Source: Chlamydiales bacterium (lineage in GTDB: Bacteria > Chlamydiota > Chlamydiia > Chlamydiales > JAAZZY01). Taken from it: a DNA stretch of 64,000 nt. The position numbers and the translations under genes were made by a program. Shown piece by piece: positions 31,642 through 44,700 of this stretch. Under the pieces are notes generated by a model. The model did not search any database. It saw nothing but the letters and a program-made list of their open reading frames with translations, and had not been told where the DNA came from. The DNA is taken from NCBI GenBank assembly GCA_965206695.1, contig CBDBKM010000003.1, forward strand, positions 116,013 to 180,012, in the 5' to 3' direction. Position 1 is the stretch's first letter. Every line of letters starts with the position of its first letter.

Positions 31642-32089
31642 AAAATTTAATTTGCCCTATTTTGTGTTTATATAATATGCTATAAGAAGTAATTATAATT
31701 TTTATTTGTTAATTCTTTATTTAAGAAGAACTGTTTGTTTGATAATTTACTACGGTTAATGAAGGCGGCTAAACCGCGTATTATGAATTAGTTATATATT
31801 TAATAGATCAACATTTCACAGATATCTGATTTTTTAATAAATCTTAAGAAAAACAAATAATTTCTTTGACTAAATGAAGTTTATTCAGCTTGTTTACAAT
31901 AAAGTACAAGAGACCTTAACAGATAGTGAACTATTTTTTAATAAAAAAAACTAATTAGTTATTGAAAATATTTATATTAACAAATATTATTTATAACATA
32001 TTCGTAAGTCAGTTTACAATAAATAAAGGAGTAAAAAAAATGAGTACTATACAGTTTTCTCAAAATATAACAAAAGATGATTTATGTGC

Positions 32090-33187
32090 TATACTCATCA
32101 CGAATAAACCTCCGGATATTTTGTATTCGTATAGTGTAAATTGTTTTGTATGAATTCATTTTTAACACTATCAGAAGAAAAGCATCTCAGACAGCAACAT
32201 AAACGAGAAAAGAATGGTCGTATACGAGATCGTATCAAGGCTGTTCTATTGTCGAATAAAGGTTGGAGTAATACTCGTATTGCTGAAGCTGTGCTTTTAG
32301 ACGATGAAACAGTGTCTCGTCACATTAAAGAATATCAAAATAAACAGCAATTGCATGTAGAAAGCGGTGGTTCAGTCAGTAAACTTCTTGCGCCACAGTC
32401 AGAAGAATTCATTAAACATTTAACAACTCATACCTATGTCAAAGTAGAAGATATCTGTTCTTATGTTCTCGCGAAATATGGCATTGTTTATACGATTTCA
32501 GGGATGACTTCTTGGCTACACTCACATGGTTTTTCCTATAAAAAGCCTAAAGGTACACCGGCTAAGGCAAATTCTGATCAACAAAAAGCTTGGATGCAAT
32601 TTTACGCCAAGCTTATGGCATCTCTGCCTAAAAATGAGCCTGTTGAATTTGCTGATGGTGTACATCCAACTATGGCAACTAAAATTTCTTATGGTTGGAT
32701 TCGACCGGGAACAGATAAATTGATTGCAACAACAGCTTCTCGTACTCGAATGAATCTTATGGGGTCTATCAATTTAAACAGTATGAAGGTAACAATAGAT
32801 GCTTATGAAACATTAAATAGCGGTACCATGGCAAAGCATTTTGCTTTGCTACGGTCAAAATACCTCTCAGCTCCAAATATCCATCTTATTTTAGATCAAG
32901 GCCCTTATAATACAAGTATTCAGACCAAACAAGAAGCAGAAAAACAAGGTATTATTCTCTATTATTTACCTTCTTACAGTCCTAACCTCAATCCCATTGA
33001 ACGATTATGGAAAGTGATGAATGAATATTGTCGCAATAATCGGTTTTTTAATTCTGCTAAAGAATTTCGGAGATCGATTACCGGATTTTTTGAAAATACT
33101 TGGCCCTCTATTGCTCAATCAATGAGGAAACGAATCAATGATCATTTTCAAGTCTTAGAATCGGCACTTTGATTCATAAGGGGTATA
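32090..33187 (+). mobile_element. single-ORF IS630 element (transposase 32150-33172)
   Basis: Intact ORF with FADGVHP, ILDQG and PSYSPNLNPIERLW; TA-flanked. Confidence 0.93.
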
Positions 33188-34116
33188 TATAGTGAATAAA
33201 CTTTAATATTTCATATATTACACACCTCAACAAAAGCACTATCGATAGCTTCTGCTAACCCTGAATAGAGCTTAAGAGTTTCTTTTATTTTTCTTTTAAA
33301 ATTTGCCCAAAATTGCTCAATTGGATTTAGATCAGGAGAATAAGGAGGCAGAAATAAAATACGGCACCCTTTGCTTTGGATAATGTCTATGGTTTCCTTA
33401 GACTTGTGAAAACTTACATTATCCATAATAACAACCTGCCCGGGCTTCAATTCAGGAATAAGTACCTGCTCAAGCCATGTATTGAATAATAGCGTATTGC
33501 AAGTACCGGTATAACAAAAGGGAGCAAAAATACGTGATTCATTTTTTGCTGCTATAAAGCTTTCCCTCTGATAACGATGACCTGATACGGCTCCATAAAT
33601 CAATTTTCCCTTCAAAGCTCTGCCATGTTGACGATCGAGATATTCATTGATACCGCTTTCATCAATATAGACTCTATTTTCAGGAGGGATGTGCTTTAAC
33701 TCTTTTTGAAACACCTCTCTTTTTTTCTCATCCCGTTCCCTGTAGAAGGGCGTCTTTTTTTTAAAGTGATCTTTAAGCGCTTACATGCTTTGCATATGGC
33801 GTTAACGGATACACTGAAAACAGCAGCTATTTCTCTCAAATAGCTGTCAGGATGCTTTTCAATATAATGATTCAGTTTATCTCCGTCAATTTTATAAGGT
33901 TTGCGTTTTCTTGTTGTCGCGGCAGCTAAACGACCTGCTTTTTTTCTATTTATCCAATTCAATAAAGTACGTGTTGTTACACCAAAAATACGCCCGGCCT
34001 CTACCTGAGAGCCTCCTCCTTCTATATAGGCTAAAGCCTTTTGTCTTAAATCAGTTGAATATGCCATGTCAAAAAAATAACATATATAAAAGAAAAATTA
34101 AAGTTTATTCACTATA
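33188..34116 (-). mobile_element. two-ORF IS630 element (ORFs 33696-34067 and 33211-33714)
   Basis: Perfect TIR TATAGTGAATAAACTTTAAT; A-tract frameshift site; DDE motifs. Confidence 0.92.
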
Positions 34117-34279
34117 TGTCACGAGCATGATATTCGCTAGTAAATACGTTGAGCATACTTCAGGAGCAGGATACCTGCACCCGCTACATCAAAAACGCCT
34201 TTCCGCATGAGCAGAAACTCGACAAGAGGAGAGAGTAGATTGCATCTTCTGTAAAGTGCCTATTTCTAAAAGAAGCATT

Positions 34280-35218
34280 TATAGTCATTTAATTTTACAT
34301 TGATAAGATTGCTTGATCAATGGCGAATTTAAAATTCGTAACTTTTCGTAATATCTCTCTAACTTTATTTTTCATATTAGCCCAATATTTTTCTATAGGA
34401 TTTAAGTCCGGAGAATAGGGAGGAAGAAACATAAGCTTACAACCGGCAGAGTCTACTGTTTTCCTGCTTTCCGCTGACTTGTGAAAACCGGCATTGTCAA
34501 GAATAAGAACACTACCGGGTGTAAGCTGAGGAGTCAAAACTTCCTTAAGCCAAATATTGAATAACCCGGTATTACAAGTACCTTCAAAACACATTGGAGA
34601 TAAAAACTGCCCTTTAGATAGGGCTGAAATAATATTTTGCCTTATAAAGCGGTTTCCTGAAACCGCTCCAAAAACTTTTTTGCCGCGTAAGCTTCTTCCG
34701 GACTCACGAAATAAAAATTGATGAATCCCGGTTTCATCGAGATAAATTCTCTTGTCAAAGGGAATATTTTTTAAATTTTTCATAAAAGCTTCCCGTTTCT
34801 TTTCATCTCTTTCCTTATAGCGAGTAGTTTTTTTTTTCGTGTAATTTTTAATCTTTTAAGGGCATAAAAAATCGTTTGCGGAGTGACTGAAAAATAATCA
34901 GCAATTTCCGATAAAAAATAATCCGGATGTTTTTCTACATATTTAGATAACAACTCATCATCTAATTTCTTATAAGCATATTTTCTGCGGATTGGCTTTA
35001 AATGTCCTTTTTGCTTTTTTTGCAAGATCCATCGATATATTGTTGCGATACCTACTTGAAAAATATGGCCGGCTGTTTTTTTATCATGATGTTTTTCTAT
35101 ATGTTGTAATACTTTCTCTCGAAGATCTACTGAATAGGCTCTAGGCATTGTTTTGTCCTTACTGTTTGTATAAAAAAAGAAGGATAACATATTATCAAAT
35201 AAAAATTAAAATACTATA
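34280..35218 (-). mobile_element. two-ORF IS630 element, same type as 28299-29237
   Basis: Near-identical 939-bp copy. Confidence 0.92.
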
Positions 35219-35225
35219 GAGGTTT

Positions 35226-35720
35226 TCAATCCGAAGAATTTGTGCTATAATAGAGTACAAGTTTGTTGCACTTCATAGTTGAAAAGACAGGGTTTATAAC
35301 TTTTTCTCGAATCAAATCATCAAATATTTTTCGATATTGATAAGTAGTTGTACCTTTCGAAAAAAATATGATGAAATGTTCAATTGCTTTTTCCACACTA
35401 TCGCTATTTTGGAGTTTAGTACTCTCCGGTTTGCTGGGATTTATACCTGTCACCCACAAAAAAGGAATATCATTGTATTCACAAATCTCTTTGATAGTAG
35501 AAAGAGGAGTGACTTCAGGGTCTATTAATTCAGGAAATAGTTTGTCCTCAGGTACGTCAATTTCTTTTATGGTATGCTGTTCTGGTTTTGCACTAGGGTT
35601 GTATCGTGCTGACATAGCAACAGGTTTGCCTTTCCAATAACCCGAGAAGAACCCTCCCGTATAAATCTTTTTCTTTACCATTTTGGTTTCTTTATTTTTT
35701 TTAGCCAAAAATCGCCTCAT
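35226..35720 (-). CDS. hypothetical protein downstream of the integrase
   Basis: 164-aa ORF; no recognised motif. Confidence 0.55.
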   Translation of the reverse strand: MRRFLAKKNKETKMVKKKIYTGGFFSGYWKGKPVAMSARYNPSAKPEQHTIKEIDVPEDKLFPELIDPEVTPLSTIKEICEYNDIPFLWVTGINPSKPESTKLQNSDSVEKAIEHFIIFFSKGTTTYQYRKIFDDLIREKVINPVFSTMKCNKLVLYYSTNSSD

Positions 35721-36780
35721 TCATTTTTTCCACAGCGTTTGAAAGATGCTTTTCTGTTAGATGTGTATATCTCTTCGTAACGTCGAGTCTCTTATGAACC
35801 AGCAAAATTCCTATTTCAGTAAGACTCGATCCGGACATTGCCATATAGCTCGCTGCTGAATGACGGAGATCGTGAAATCTAAAGTCACAGATACCGGTAT
35901 TTTTGAGGGCTTTTATCCAAGGCTTTCTTAAATTAATTGGACGATTTGGGTTCTTTCCCGGAAATAGAAGGTTGGTTGTGGTTCTCTTTTGATGCAGATG
36001 TTGTTTTAGAAGCTCCAATGGGAGTCTGGCTAATGGAACTACTCTGCTAGATTTATTTTTCGTTTTTTCTAGAATGATTTGCTTTCTGAAAAGATCGACT
36101 TGATCCCAGATAAGTGTCATTATTTCACTACGACGCATACCGGTACTTATAGCAAGAATCACAACGAGGTAGAGATAAGGACTATCACTTTTTTGACATT
36201 CAAGTACTAGTCTCTTTCTTTCGTTATCGTTGAGGAATCGCACTCTTCCCGGTGGTTCTTTGGGTTTAGTAACATTTGCAACCGGCGATGTTTCAATCCA
36301 ACCATATTCTTTAATCCCTATAGTAAAAACTCGGCTAAGTGATGCTATATACCGAACAACCGTTGAGGGACTTCTTTGCTTTCCTTTATTTGTTGGGGTA
36401 ATGAGAAGCTCATCTCTTCCATCTGCAATGAGTGCCGGGGTAACATCTGATAGGAGGTAACAGCCTATCCGGCTTTTCCACCATTTAAGATGAGTTCTTT
36501 TTGCTTGAGGTGGATGAAATTGTTTGATATATCGATCGATCATATCAGCAAGGGTATATTTTTTCGCTGCGGATATTTTGAAATACCTCCCTTCTCGAAT
36601 TGCCGCTTCGGTTTGCTGAGCCCATCTTTTGGCATCTGTGACTCGAGCAAAAGTAGCAGTTTGTGTTGGGTGCCCCTTGAGTCGAATAATCACTTGGTAC
36701 CTCGTTTTTCCCAACTGATCTTTTCTCTTTTTATATGTTGCCATTCTTAGCCTCGTATAGTTTAGTTTAATGAACCACAT
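35701..36780 (-). CDS. tyrosine recombinase / phage-type integrase
   Basis: TGMRRSE, FHDLRH, H and RYTH catalytic residues; adjacent to the tRNA att site. Confidence 0.93.
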   Translation of the reverse strand: MWFIKLNYTRLRMATYKKRKDQLGKTRYQVIIRLKGHPTQTATFARVTDAKRWAQQTEAAIREGRYFKISAAKKYTLADMIDRYIKQFHPPQAKRTHLKWWKSRIGCYLLSDVTPALIADGRDELLITPTNKGKQRSPSTVVRYIASLSRVFTIGIKEYGWIETSPVANVTKPKEPPGRVRFLNDNERKRLVLECQKSDSPYLYLVVILAISTGMRRSEIMTLIWDQVDLFRKQIILEKTKNKSSRVVPLARLPLELLKQHLHQKRTTTNLLFPGKNPNRPINLRKPWIKALKNTGICDFRFHDLRHSAASYMAMSGSSLTEIGILLVHKRLDVTKRYTHLTEKHLSNAVEKMNEAIFG

Positions 36781-36840
36781 AAGACAACGTTTCTTATGGC
36801 TACACGATATCCCACAACAGAATAGAAGAAATGCTATATC

Positions 36841-37021
36841 GCTTATCGGACTTTTTGGTATCCGAAAGAAGCATTTTTAGATCCACAGTGTGTTTTTTGA
36901 ACGAAGTGGAGCATTAAGAATTAGAGAGATAAAAAAAGCAGTTAAGTTTTAAACTTAACTGCTTCCTTTTCAAGATCTCCGGATGCTGGGCTCGAACCAG
37001 CGACAAATAGATTAACAGTCT
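36841..37021 (-). repeat. att-site direct repeat, copy including the intact tRNA 3' part
   Basis: Repeat of 23058-23238. Confidence 0.93.
36931..36970 (-). terminator. intrinsic terminator downstream of tRNA-Asn
   Basis: AAGCAGTTAAGTTT/AAACTTAACTGCTT palindrome followed by a T7 run on the minus strand. Confidence 0.8.
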
Positions 37022-37049
37022 ACTGCTCTACCAACTGAGCTAATCCGGA
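36977..37049 (-). tRNA. tRNA-Asn (GTT), CCA not encoded
   Basis: TCCGGATTAGCTCAGTTGGTAGAGCAGTAGACTGTTAATCTATTTGTCGCTGGTTCGAGCCCAGCATCCGGAG folds as a cloverleaf. Confidence 0.97.
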
Positions 37050-37098
37050 ATAATGTAGAAGGAAAACTCTAAATAAAGGATGTGTTTAATGCAAGAGA

Positions 37099-37956
37099 TT
37101 AACGATCAGATGATGACTTTTCATCTCTTTGAGGTGGAGCAAAGAGTTTTTTAAATAGACCGGTGGTCTTTTGGATGGCTTCAGCAGGTTCTTCAGAGAT
37201 ATTTCCAAGGCTTTTGATCGTCCCTTGAATATCGCCTGTCTCGATTCCTTGTAATAATTTACCTGACAACTGCTTTGTTCCTTCCATGATAGCTTGATAT
37301 CCTGCTTCTTTTCCAAAATAAGAGAGCAGGGTAGAGCCTATAATATTAAAGACTTCGTTAGATGTTAGAGGTTGTTTAGCTCCCATTCCATTGATTTGTA
37401 TTTTGGATATAACAGGAAGTTCTATAGGCTTGGAAAATAACGCTTTATTATCAAATGAGAACTTCATGTCTTTGATAAGGAATTGATTAATGACAAATTT
37501 TTTCTGAGATTCGTTCGCTTGTTGTTTATCCGATCCGGTTTCAGTAACTTTATTAATCATTCTAGACCAATTATTATCACTACCGTTGATATTGTATATC
37601 TCTACCGTGAAACGGGGGCGATCTACTGTAACCTCTTTTATTGTGATGACATCTTTAAAAAAAGTAAAAGGGCTGGCTTGAAGATTGATAGACTCGATAC
37701 TTAAAGCATTGGGAAAAGTAGAGTTGGGTGGGTTTTTAATAACTAATTTTCTTATCGTTAAGCTAGAAAAAGAAATGGACACATCAATCTCTTCAATGGT
37801 AACGGGTGTACCTAAAGTTTTAGTAAGCATGCGAGAAGCTATTGGAGCTCTTTGCGTCCAGAAATAAATCCCGATTCCTATGATCGCGAGGATAATGACT
37901 AATATTACAGCTTTAATAAAGTTAAACATACCATCTTCTTTTAAGATTGTCATCAA
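37099..37956 (-). CDS. AsmA-like N-terminally anchored envelope protein
   Basis: N-terminal TM segment followed by beta-rich AsmA/DUF748-like sequence (LVIKNPP..F..AL). Confidence 0.6.
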   Translation of the reverse strand: MMTILKEDGMFNFIKAVILVIILAIIGIGIYFWTQRAPIASRMLTKTLGTPVTIEEIDVSISFSSLTIRKLVIKNPPNSTFPNALSIESINLQASPFTFFKDVITIKEVTVDRPRFTVEIYNINGSDNNWSRMINKVTETGSDKQQANESQKKFVINQFLIKDMKFSFDNKALFSKPIELPVISKIQINGMGAKQPLTSNEVFNIIGSTLLSYFGKEAGYQAIMEGTKQLSGKLLQGIETGDIQGTIKSLGNISEEPAEAIQKTTGLFKKLFAPPQRDEKSSSDR

Positions 37957-38005
37957 AACTCTCGTGTAACAGAAGGATGTTTATTTGTCACCTTAACGAT
38001 GTAAG

Positions 38006-38797
38006 TCAAAAAGGATTAGGAATGTCGATGAAAGTGTGTTCGATATTAAATTGCTTTGATAGGTGATCACCTAAGGCTCTGGGCCCTATTTTTTCGGTAT
38101 TTGAGTGACCCATAGCAAAAAAATGGATCTTTTCTTCATGAGCAATATGCCAAATAGGCTCATCAAAGGAGCCGGTAATAAAACAATCTACTTTAGCTTT
38201 TATAGCATCAGTAATTTCTCGATGGGCGCCACCTGAAATTAGAGCCGCAGAAGAAACCGTTGATTTTCCACCAAGAGCAGTATAGGCAGGATGTTGGTAG
38301 TATTCTTCTAATTTTTTTGTAAAATCATCTACCGGCATTGCTTTGAATGTTCCTTTAACGCCTAAGTATGAATTTCCAAGCCTCTCTCCAAAAGGTTCTA
38401 AGTTTTGCCAGCCCATCTCTTTGGCGGCACACCAATTATTTCCATATTGCTGATGGCAATCCAAAGGGAGATGATACGCTAAAAGAGCAATATTATTATC
38501 AAAAAGAAGTTCAAGCTTTCTTTTTTTTACTCCTAGAATACGGAAACTATCCTTATTCCAAAACATGCCATGATGAACAAGTAAAGCCCCGGCTTCCATA
38601 TCAATAGCAGCTTTAATAGTGGCTTCACTACCGGAGACGGCTGAGGCAATTTTTTGCACAGAATCCACACCTTGTACTTGCAATCCATTAGGACAAAAGT
38701 CATTAATTGTTGAACAGTTCAAGAGAGTGTAAAGGTAATTAACAAGTTCAGATAATGATATCATTATGTTTAAGAATCTCCTTTTTTCTTGCTTCAA
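38006..38797 (-). CDS. Nif3-like dinuclear metal centre protein (YbgI family)
   Basis: PNGLQV, LLVHHG, YHLPLD.H and GHSNTEK motifs. Confidence 0.92.
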   Translation of the reverse strand: MKQEKRRFLNIMISLSELVNYLYTLLNCSTINDFCPNGLQVQGVDSVQKIASAVSGSEATIKAAIDMEAGALLVHHGMFWNKDSFRILGVKKRKLELLFDNNIALLAYHLPLDCHQQYGNNWCAAKEMGWQNLEPFGERLGNSYLGVKGTFKAMPVDDFTKKLEEYYQHPAYTALGGKSTVSSAALISGGAHREITDAIKAKVDCFITGSFDEPIWHIAHEEKIHFFAMGHSNTEKIGPRALGDHLSKQFNIEHTFIDIPNPF

Positions 38798-38840
38798 TTG
38801 GCCGGTTGCTTAAAATAAATTATATAGAGGAAAAAAAAAT

Positions 38841-39518
38841 ATGTCTAATGATAAAGCGAAAAAGGCTGTTGGTTGTGCTGCGGCTGATTTAATTGAAAAT
38901 AATATGAAGGTAGGTTTAGGGACAGGTTCTACAGCTTATTTTTTTATTGAACGATTAATTGAACGAACCAAGCAAGGGTTAAAAATATCTGCAGTAGCTA
39001 CTTCTAGACGCTCTTCGAAGCAAGCAAAAAAAGGAGGCATTCAAATAATCGAGCCGAATGATCTTTTAACGTTAGATGTTGATGTCGATGGAGCAGACGA
39101 AATAGATCCCGAAATGCGTATGATTAAAGGAGGGGGTGGCGCTCTTTTAAAAGAAAAAATTATTGCGAGTGCCAGTAAGGAAATGATCATTGTCATAGAT
39201 GAGAGTAAGCTAGTCGATAGATTAGGAAAACATGTTATACCAATTGAAATCATTCCTTTTGCATTTAATGCAACGATCACCAGATTAGAGGAAAAAGGGT
39301 ACAAGGGAAGACTTCGTAGCGGAGAAGACGGCAAGGTATATGTAACAGATAATGAGAATTATATTTTTGATGTGCAACTGCCAAAACCCACAGATACCCC
39401 GGAAAAAATTGAAAGAGAAATAATTGACATTGCGGGTGTTGTTGAGACAGGTTTTTTTCTTAACCTGGCTTCCAAAGTAATAATAGGATATCATGATGGT
39501 CGCATTGAAATGAAATAA
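38841..39518 (+). CDS. rpiA: ribose-5-phosphate isomerase A
   Basis: GLGTGST, DGADE and IKGGGGALL motifs. Confidence 0.97.
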   Translation: MSNDKAKKAVGCAAADLIENNMKVGLGTGSTAYFFIERLIERTKQGLKISAVATSRRSSKQAKKGGIQIIEPNDLLTLDVDVDGADEIDPEMRMIKGGGGALLKEKIIASASKEMIIVIDESKLVDRLGKHVIPIEIIPFAFNATITRLEEKGYKGRLRSGEDGKVYVTDNENYIFDVQLPKPTDTPEKIEREIIDIAGVVETGFFLNLASKVIIGYHDGRIEMK

Positions 39519-39579
39519 TAATATTGGTTCGTGTTTAAATAGATTTGAAAATAATAATAAAATAAAAAAGGTAGTCATC

Positions 39580-39990
39580 ATGTCGGAACTTATTCAGGTT
39601 TCTTTTGATAAGATTATGCAGACTCGTACCTATACGGTTGTTATCTTAGGAACAAAGGAAAAGCGTTTTGCTATCTATACAGAGCCGGAAGTCGGTCGTT
39701 CTATTCAAACGCATTTCACAGGAATTGAAAAACCCAGACCTTCTACTTTTGATCTTATTAGTATGTTATTTCAGGGTTTAGATATTCGTATAAAACAAAT
39801 CGTTATCAATGATATTCAAGATACAATCTATTTTGCACGCCTTTTCATTGAACAGAGGTTTGATTCTGAGCGTTATATTATTGAAGTGGATGCTCGTCCA
39901 AGCGACTGTATTACACTCGCTTTAATGCATAACGCACCTGTTTATTGCACCAAAGAAGTATTGGATAAAACAATAAAAATAGAAGAATAA
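39580..39990 (+). CDS. bifunctional nuclease family protein (DUF151)
   Basis: PRP.T.DL, FARL and DARPSD..LAL motifs. Confidence 0.88.
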   Translation: MSELIQVSFDKIMQTRTYTVVILGTKEKRFAIYTEPEVGRSIQTHFTGIEKPRPSTFDLISMLFQGLDIRIKQIVINDIQDTIYFARLFIEQRFDSERYIIEVDARPSDCITLALMHNAPVYCTKEVLDKTIKIEE

Positions 39991-39998
39991 AAGTGCGT

Positions 39999-40322
39999 TT
40001 AAAAACTTACATGAAATTGTTTTTGAGCGAGATTCAAAATTGAGTTTATGGCATCTTCAGCATCTTCTCCTATTGCTTCAACAAATACATTAGTTCCTTT
40101 CGCCGCTGCCAACATTAAAATTCCTAAAATTGACTTAGCATTTACTATGTTGTCTTGAACAGTTAAACGTACTTGCGATTTAAAAGTGCTAGCACATTTC
40201 ACTAATTCAGTAGAAGGACGTGTATGTAGTCCTTTGTCATTAGTAACGGTAAAAGAGCCTGAGACTTTATTAATCTTAGGTCGACCTTTACTTTTAAAAA
40301 GTGTCGGCTCGCAACGAACCAT
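39999..40322 (-). CDS. ptsH: phosphocarrier protein HPr
   Basis: GLHTRPS and NAKSILGILML motifs. Confidence 0.93.
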   Translation of the reverse strand: MVRCEPTLFKSKGRPKINKVSGSFTVTNDKGLHTRPSTELVKCASTFKSQVRLTVQDNIVNAKSILGILMLAAAKGTNVFVEAIGEDAEDAINSILNLAQKQFHVSF

Positions 40323-40378
40323 GAAACCTCACCATGTAAAATAAGAATAACAGATTAAGAAATACTTCTATTCGATAT

Positions 40379-42233
40379 TTAATCGCAAATATTTTTTTCA
40401 TAAATATTTTCTTTGCCTTCAGTAATATTGTGTAACTGACTCAGTTCATCTATTAGAGAATCAAATATTTGTAATGCAGAAAGAATAGGTTTAGGGCTAC
40501 ACATATCAACGCCGGCAATTTTTAAAAGCTCTAAAGGGAAGTGGTGACCGCCGGTTTTTAGAAAAGAAAGATACTCTTGTTGATCTTTTTCATTTTCATC
40601 TAATATTTTTTTTGAAAGTGCAAGAGCTGCGCTGATACCTGTTGCATATTGATATACATAAAAATTGGAATAAAAATGAGGAATGCGAGCCCATTCAATA
40701 GCTACAACGGGGTCAATAACGGTATCTTTACCGAAATAAAGTTGATTCAGCTTGTCATATTCTTTTTTCAAAAGAGTTGGAGTAAGAGGGATATCGGTTT
40801 CTGAAAATTGATGTAATAACAATTCAAATTCGGCAAATTGAGTCTGACGAAAAAGTGTAGCACGGATGTTATCCAATTTATGGTTGATAAGATCGATTTT
40901 TTCTTGATTATTCTTTGAACGTTTAAATAAGTATTGCCATAACAGTTCTTCATTGAATGTAGAGGCGACTTCTGCGACAAAAATAGGATAGTTAGCATAG
41001 CAATACGGTTGGGATCGGCGGCTTAGGAGGCTATGCATACTATGACCGGCTTCGTGTGCTAGAGTAAATACGTCGTTTAAAGTCCCTTTATAATTTAATA
41101 AGATGTAGGGAAAGCTATCATAACATCCACCGGAATAAGCTCCTGATCTTTTATTTTCATTTTCAAAGCGGTCAACCCAACCTTCTTTTTTTAACCCCTG
41201 CCTTAGATTGGTTTGATAGTCGGTACCTAAAGGAGCGACGGATTCGATAACCATATTTTCGGCTTCTTCATATGAATAACTTTTTTCTTTTTCGTTTGAA
41301 AGAGGCACATACATATCATAAAGGTGAAGTTCTTTAAGATTGAGAAGCTTTTTACGTAGAGATATGTATCGATGTAAAGAACCTAAATTGTCTCTAACTG
41401 TCTTGATTAAATTATGATAGACGTTAACATCAATATTTTTAGGATATAAGGAGGCTTCTAAACAAGTTTGATAATGACGAGCGCGCATGTTGAAAAGATG
41501 ACATTGAACATGGCCATTCAGAAGCTCGGTAATAGTGTTTTCATATTCAAAGTACTTGTTATGAAGAGTATTGAAAGCATTTTTTTCTGATTTCTTGGTT
41601 AGGGTTTCTTAGAAAAAGCTGATAGCTCCCATGAGTCAATTCCTTGTCGATATTATCTGTATCTTTTATCCTTCCAAAAGAAAAGTCAGCATTATTAAGA
41701 ACACTGAAAGCTTTTTGTGGAGTACTCAAAGGTAAAGCTGCTAAGGCAATTAATTCCTCTTTCTCTTTAGAAAGAGTATGTTTTTTCATTCGAAACAAGG
41801 TTTCTAAATAGAATTTGTATTCTTTAAGTTCTTTTGAAACCGAATAGACCCGGATTGTATTATCACTAAAAGAAAGGATTTCAGGCTCTAGCCATGCACT
41901 TTTGTTGATGAAGTCATGATATAAGGCGGCAATTTGGTGCTGTTTGCCTTTCCGGTCATCATCAGATAAGTTTTCATCATAGCGATGCTGAGTGTAAGTA
42001 TAGAGTTTTGTAAGTTCACGACTAAGAGAAAAATATTCTTTTAAAGTAGACTGTAAATTATGGTGACTATCATGAAGTTTTCCTTTGAAAGTCATGATTT
42101 TAGACCAACCTGAGTCGTTTCGTTTATTCTTCATAAGAAGAGTGAAAGCATCAGACCATTCTTGAGAAGAAGAATAAAATGCTTTCATATTCCATTTGTC
42201 ATCATCAGAAATGTCCGATCTTTTTTGAGTCAT
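40379..42233 (-). CDS. pepF: oligoendopeptidase F, split by a +1 frameshift in an A7 run near 41580
   Basis: KRSGAYS, HEAGH, AEVAS and FYVYQYATG motifs. The two ORFs join after removing one A. Confidence 0.9.
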
Positions 42234-42334
42234 AAATTATACCCTATCAATTAGTTGAAATCGATGATCTAAGATAAGGCTATTAGCTGCAAGTAAAAAA
42301 ACTATCCCGTTTATTTATAGAGATTTAAAAAAGC

Positions 42335-42361
42335 TTGGCACTCACAGTTAAAAACTGCTAA
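42335..42361 (+). promoter_or_regulatory. CIRCE operator (HrcA site)
   Basis: TTGGCACTC-N9-AACTGCTAA versus consensus TTAGCACTC-N9-GAGTGCTAA, upstream of groES. Confidence 0.85.
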
Positions 42362-42368
42362 TTTTTAG

Positions 42369-42398
42369 TTGCAATAAAAGGATTTCTCTTTTTATAAT
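42369..42398 (+). promoter_or_regulatory. sigma66/70-type groESL promoter
   Basis: TTGCAA-18 bp-TATAAT directly downstream of CIRCE. Confidence 0.75.
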
Positions 42399-42505
42399 GG
42401 TACTTTCCAAAGATAGATTGATGATCAAGATTAAAAAATCATTTAGCTACCCGGGATAAAAAATATTTAAAGTTTATCGTAATACAATAAAGAGAAGGAG
42501 AAGAG

Positions 42506-42817
42506 ATGACTAAGCAAATGGAACAAGTTAAGATCAAACCTTTAAGCGATCGTGTTTTAGTAAAACGCTTAGAAGGAGAAGATACTCTTAAGGGAGGAAT
42601 TATTCTTCCTGATTCAGCAAAGCAAAAGCAAGAAAAAGCAAAGGTTATTGCTGTGGGTGCAGGCAAGAAGACCGCTAATGGTGAGACAATGCCGATGCCT
42701 GTACAAGAAGGTGATATTGTTCTTATGGATCAGTATGGTGGACAAACAATAGAAGTAGATGGCGATGAATACATTATTTTACGTTCTGATGATATTATTG
42801 CTATTGTAACCCAATAA
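42506..42817 (+). CDS. groES: co-chaperonin GroES
   Basis: IKPLSDRVLV, GGIILPD and VIAVG motifs. Confidence 0.98.
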   Translation: MTKQMEQVKIKPLSDRVLVKRLEGEDTLKGGIILPDSAKQKQEKAKVIAVGAGKKTANGETMPMPVQEGDIVLMDQYGGQTIEVDGDEYIILRSDDIIAIVTQ

Positions 42818-42853
42818 AGAATTAAAAAATTTTAAATAGGAAGGAGTTGTTAA

Positions 42854-44494
<1,641 letters not shown>

Positions 44495-44521
44495 TAATCC
44501 ATTCCTTTGTTCTAGTCTACG

Positions 44522-44553
44522 AAAAGGCCCCTTTTTCAAGGGGTCTTTTTTTA
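44522..44553 (+). terminator. groESL intrinsic terminator
   Basis: AAAAGGCCCCTT/AAGGGGTCTTTT hairpin with a T tail. Confidence 0.85.
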
Positions 44554-44700
44554 TTTTATCTTTAAGGTTAATAAAAATCGTTGTTATTAAGGAAAGACGG
44601 TTTTACAAGCGCTCGAATTACGGCCTTTAGAGTTGTGGTCTTCAACAATTGCGAAAGTAACACGGTTCAAACGTACCCGGGTATTTCTTTAATACTTTAT

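Larger units (their letters stand above)
32040..34279 (+). pseudogene. RING-H2-like zinc finger gene split by two IS630 elements and cut by a third
   Basis: Rejoined: MSTIQ..DDLCAICHE / ..YLHPLHQKRLSA*AETRQEERVDCIFCKVPI. RBS AAGGAG upstream. Confidence 0.7.
23058..37021. mobile_element. integrative genomic island at tRNA-Asn
   Basis: Flanking direct repeats, a tyrosine integrase next to the tRNA, and TA and R-M cargo. Confidence 0.88.
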
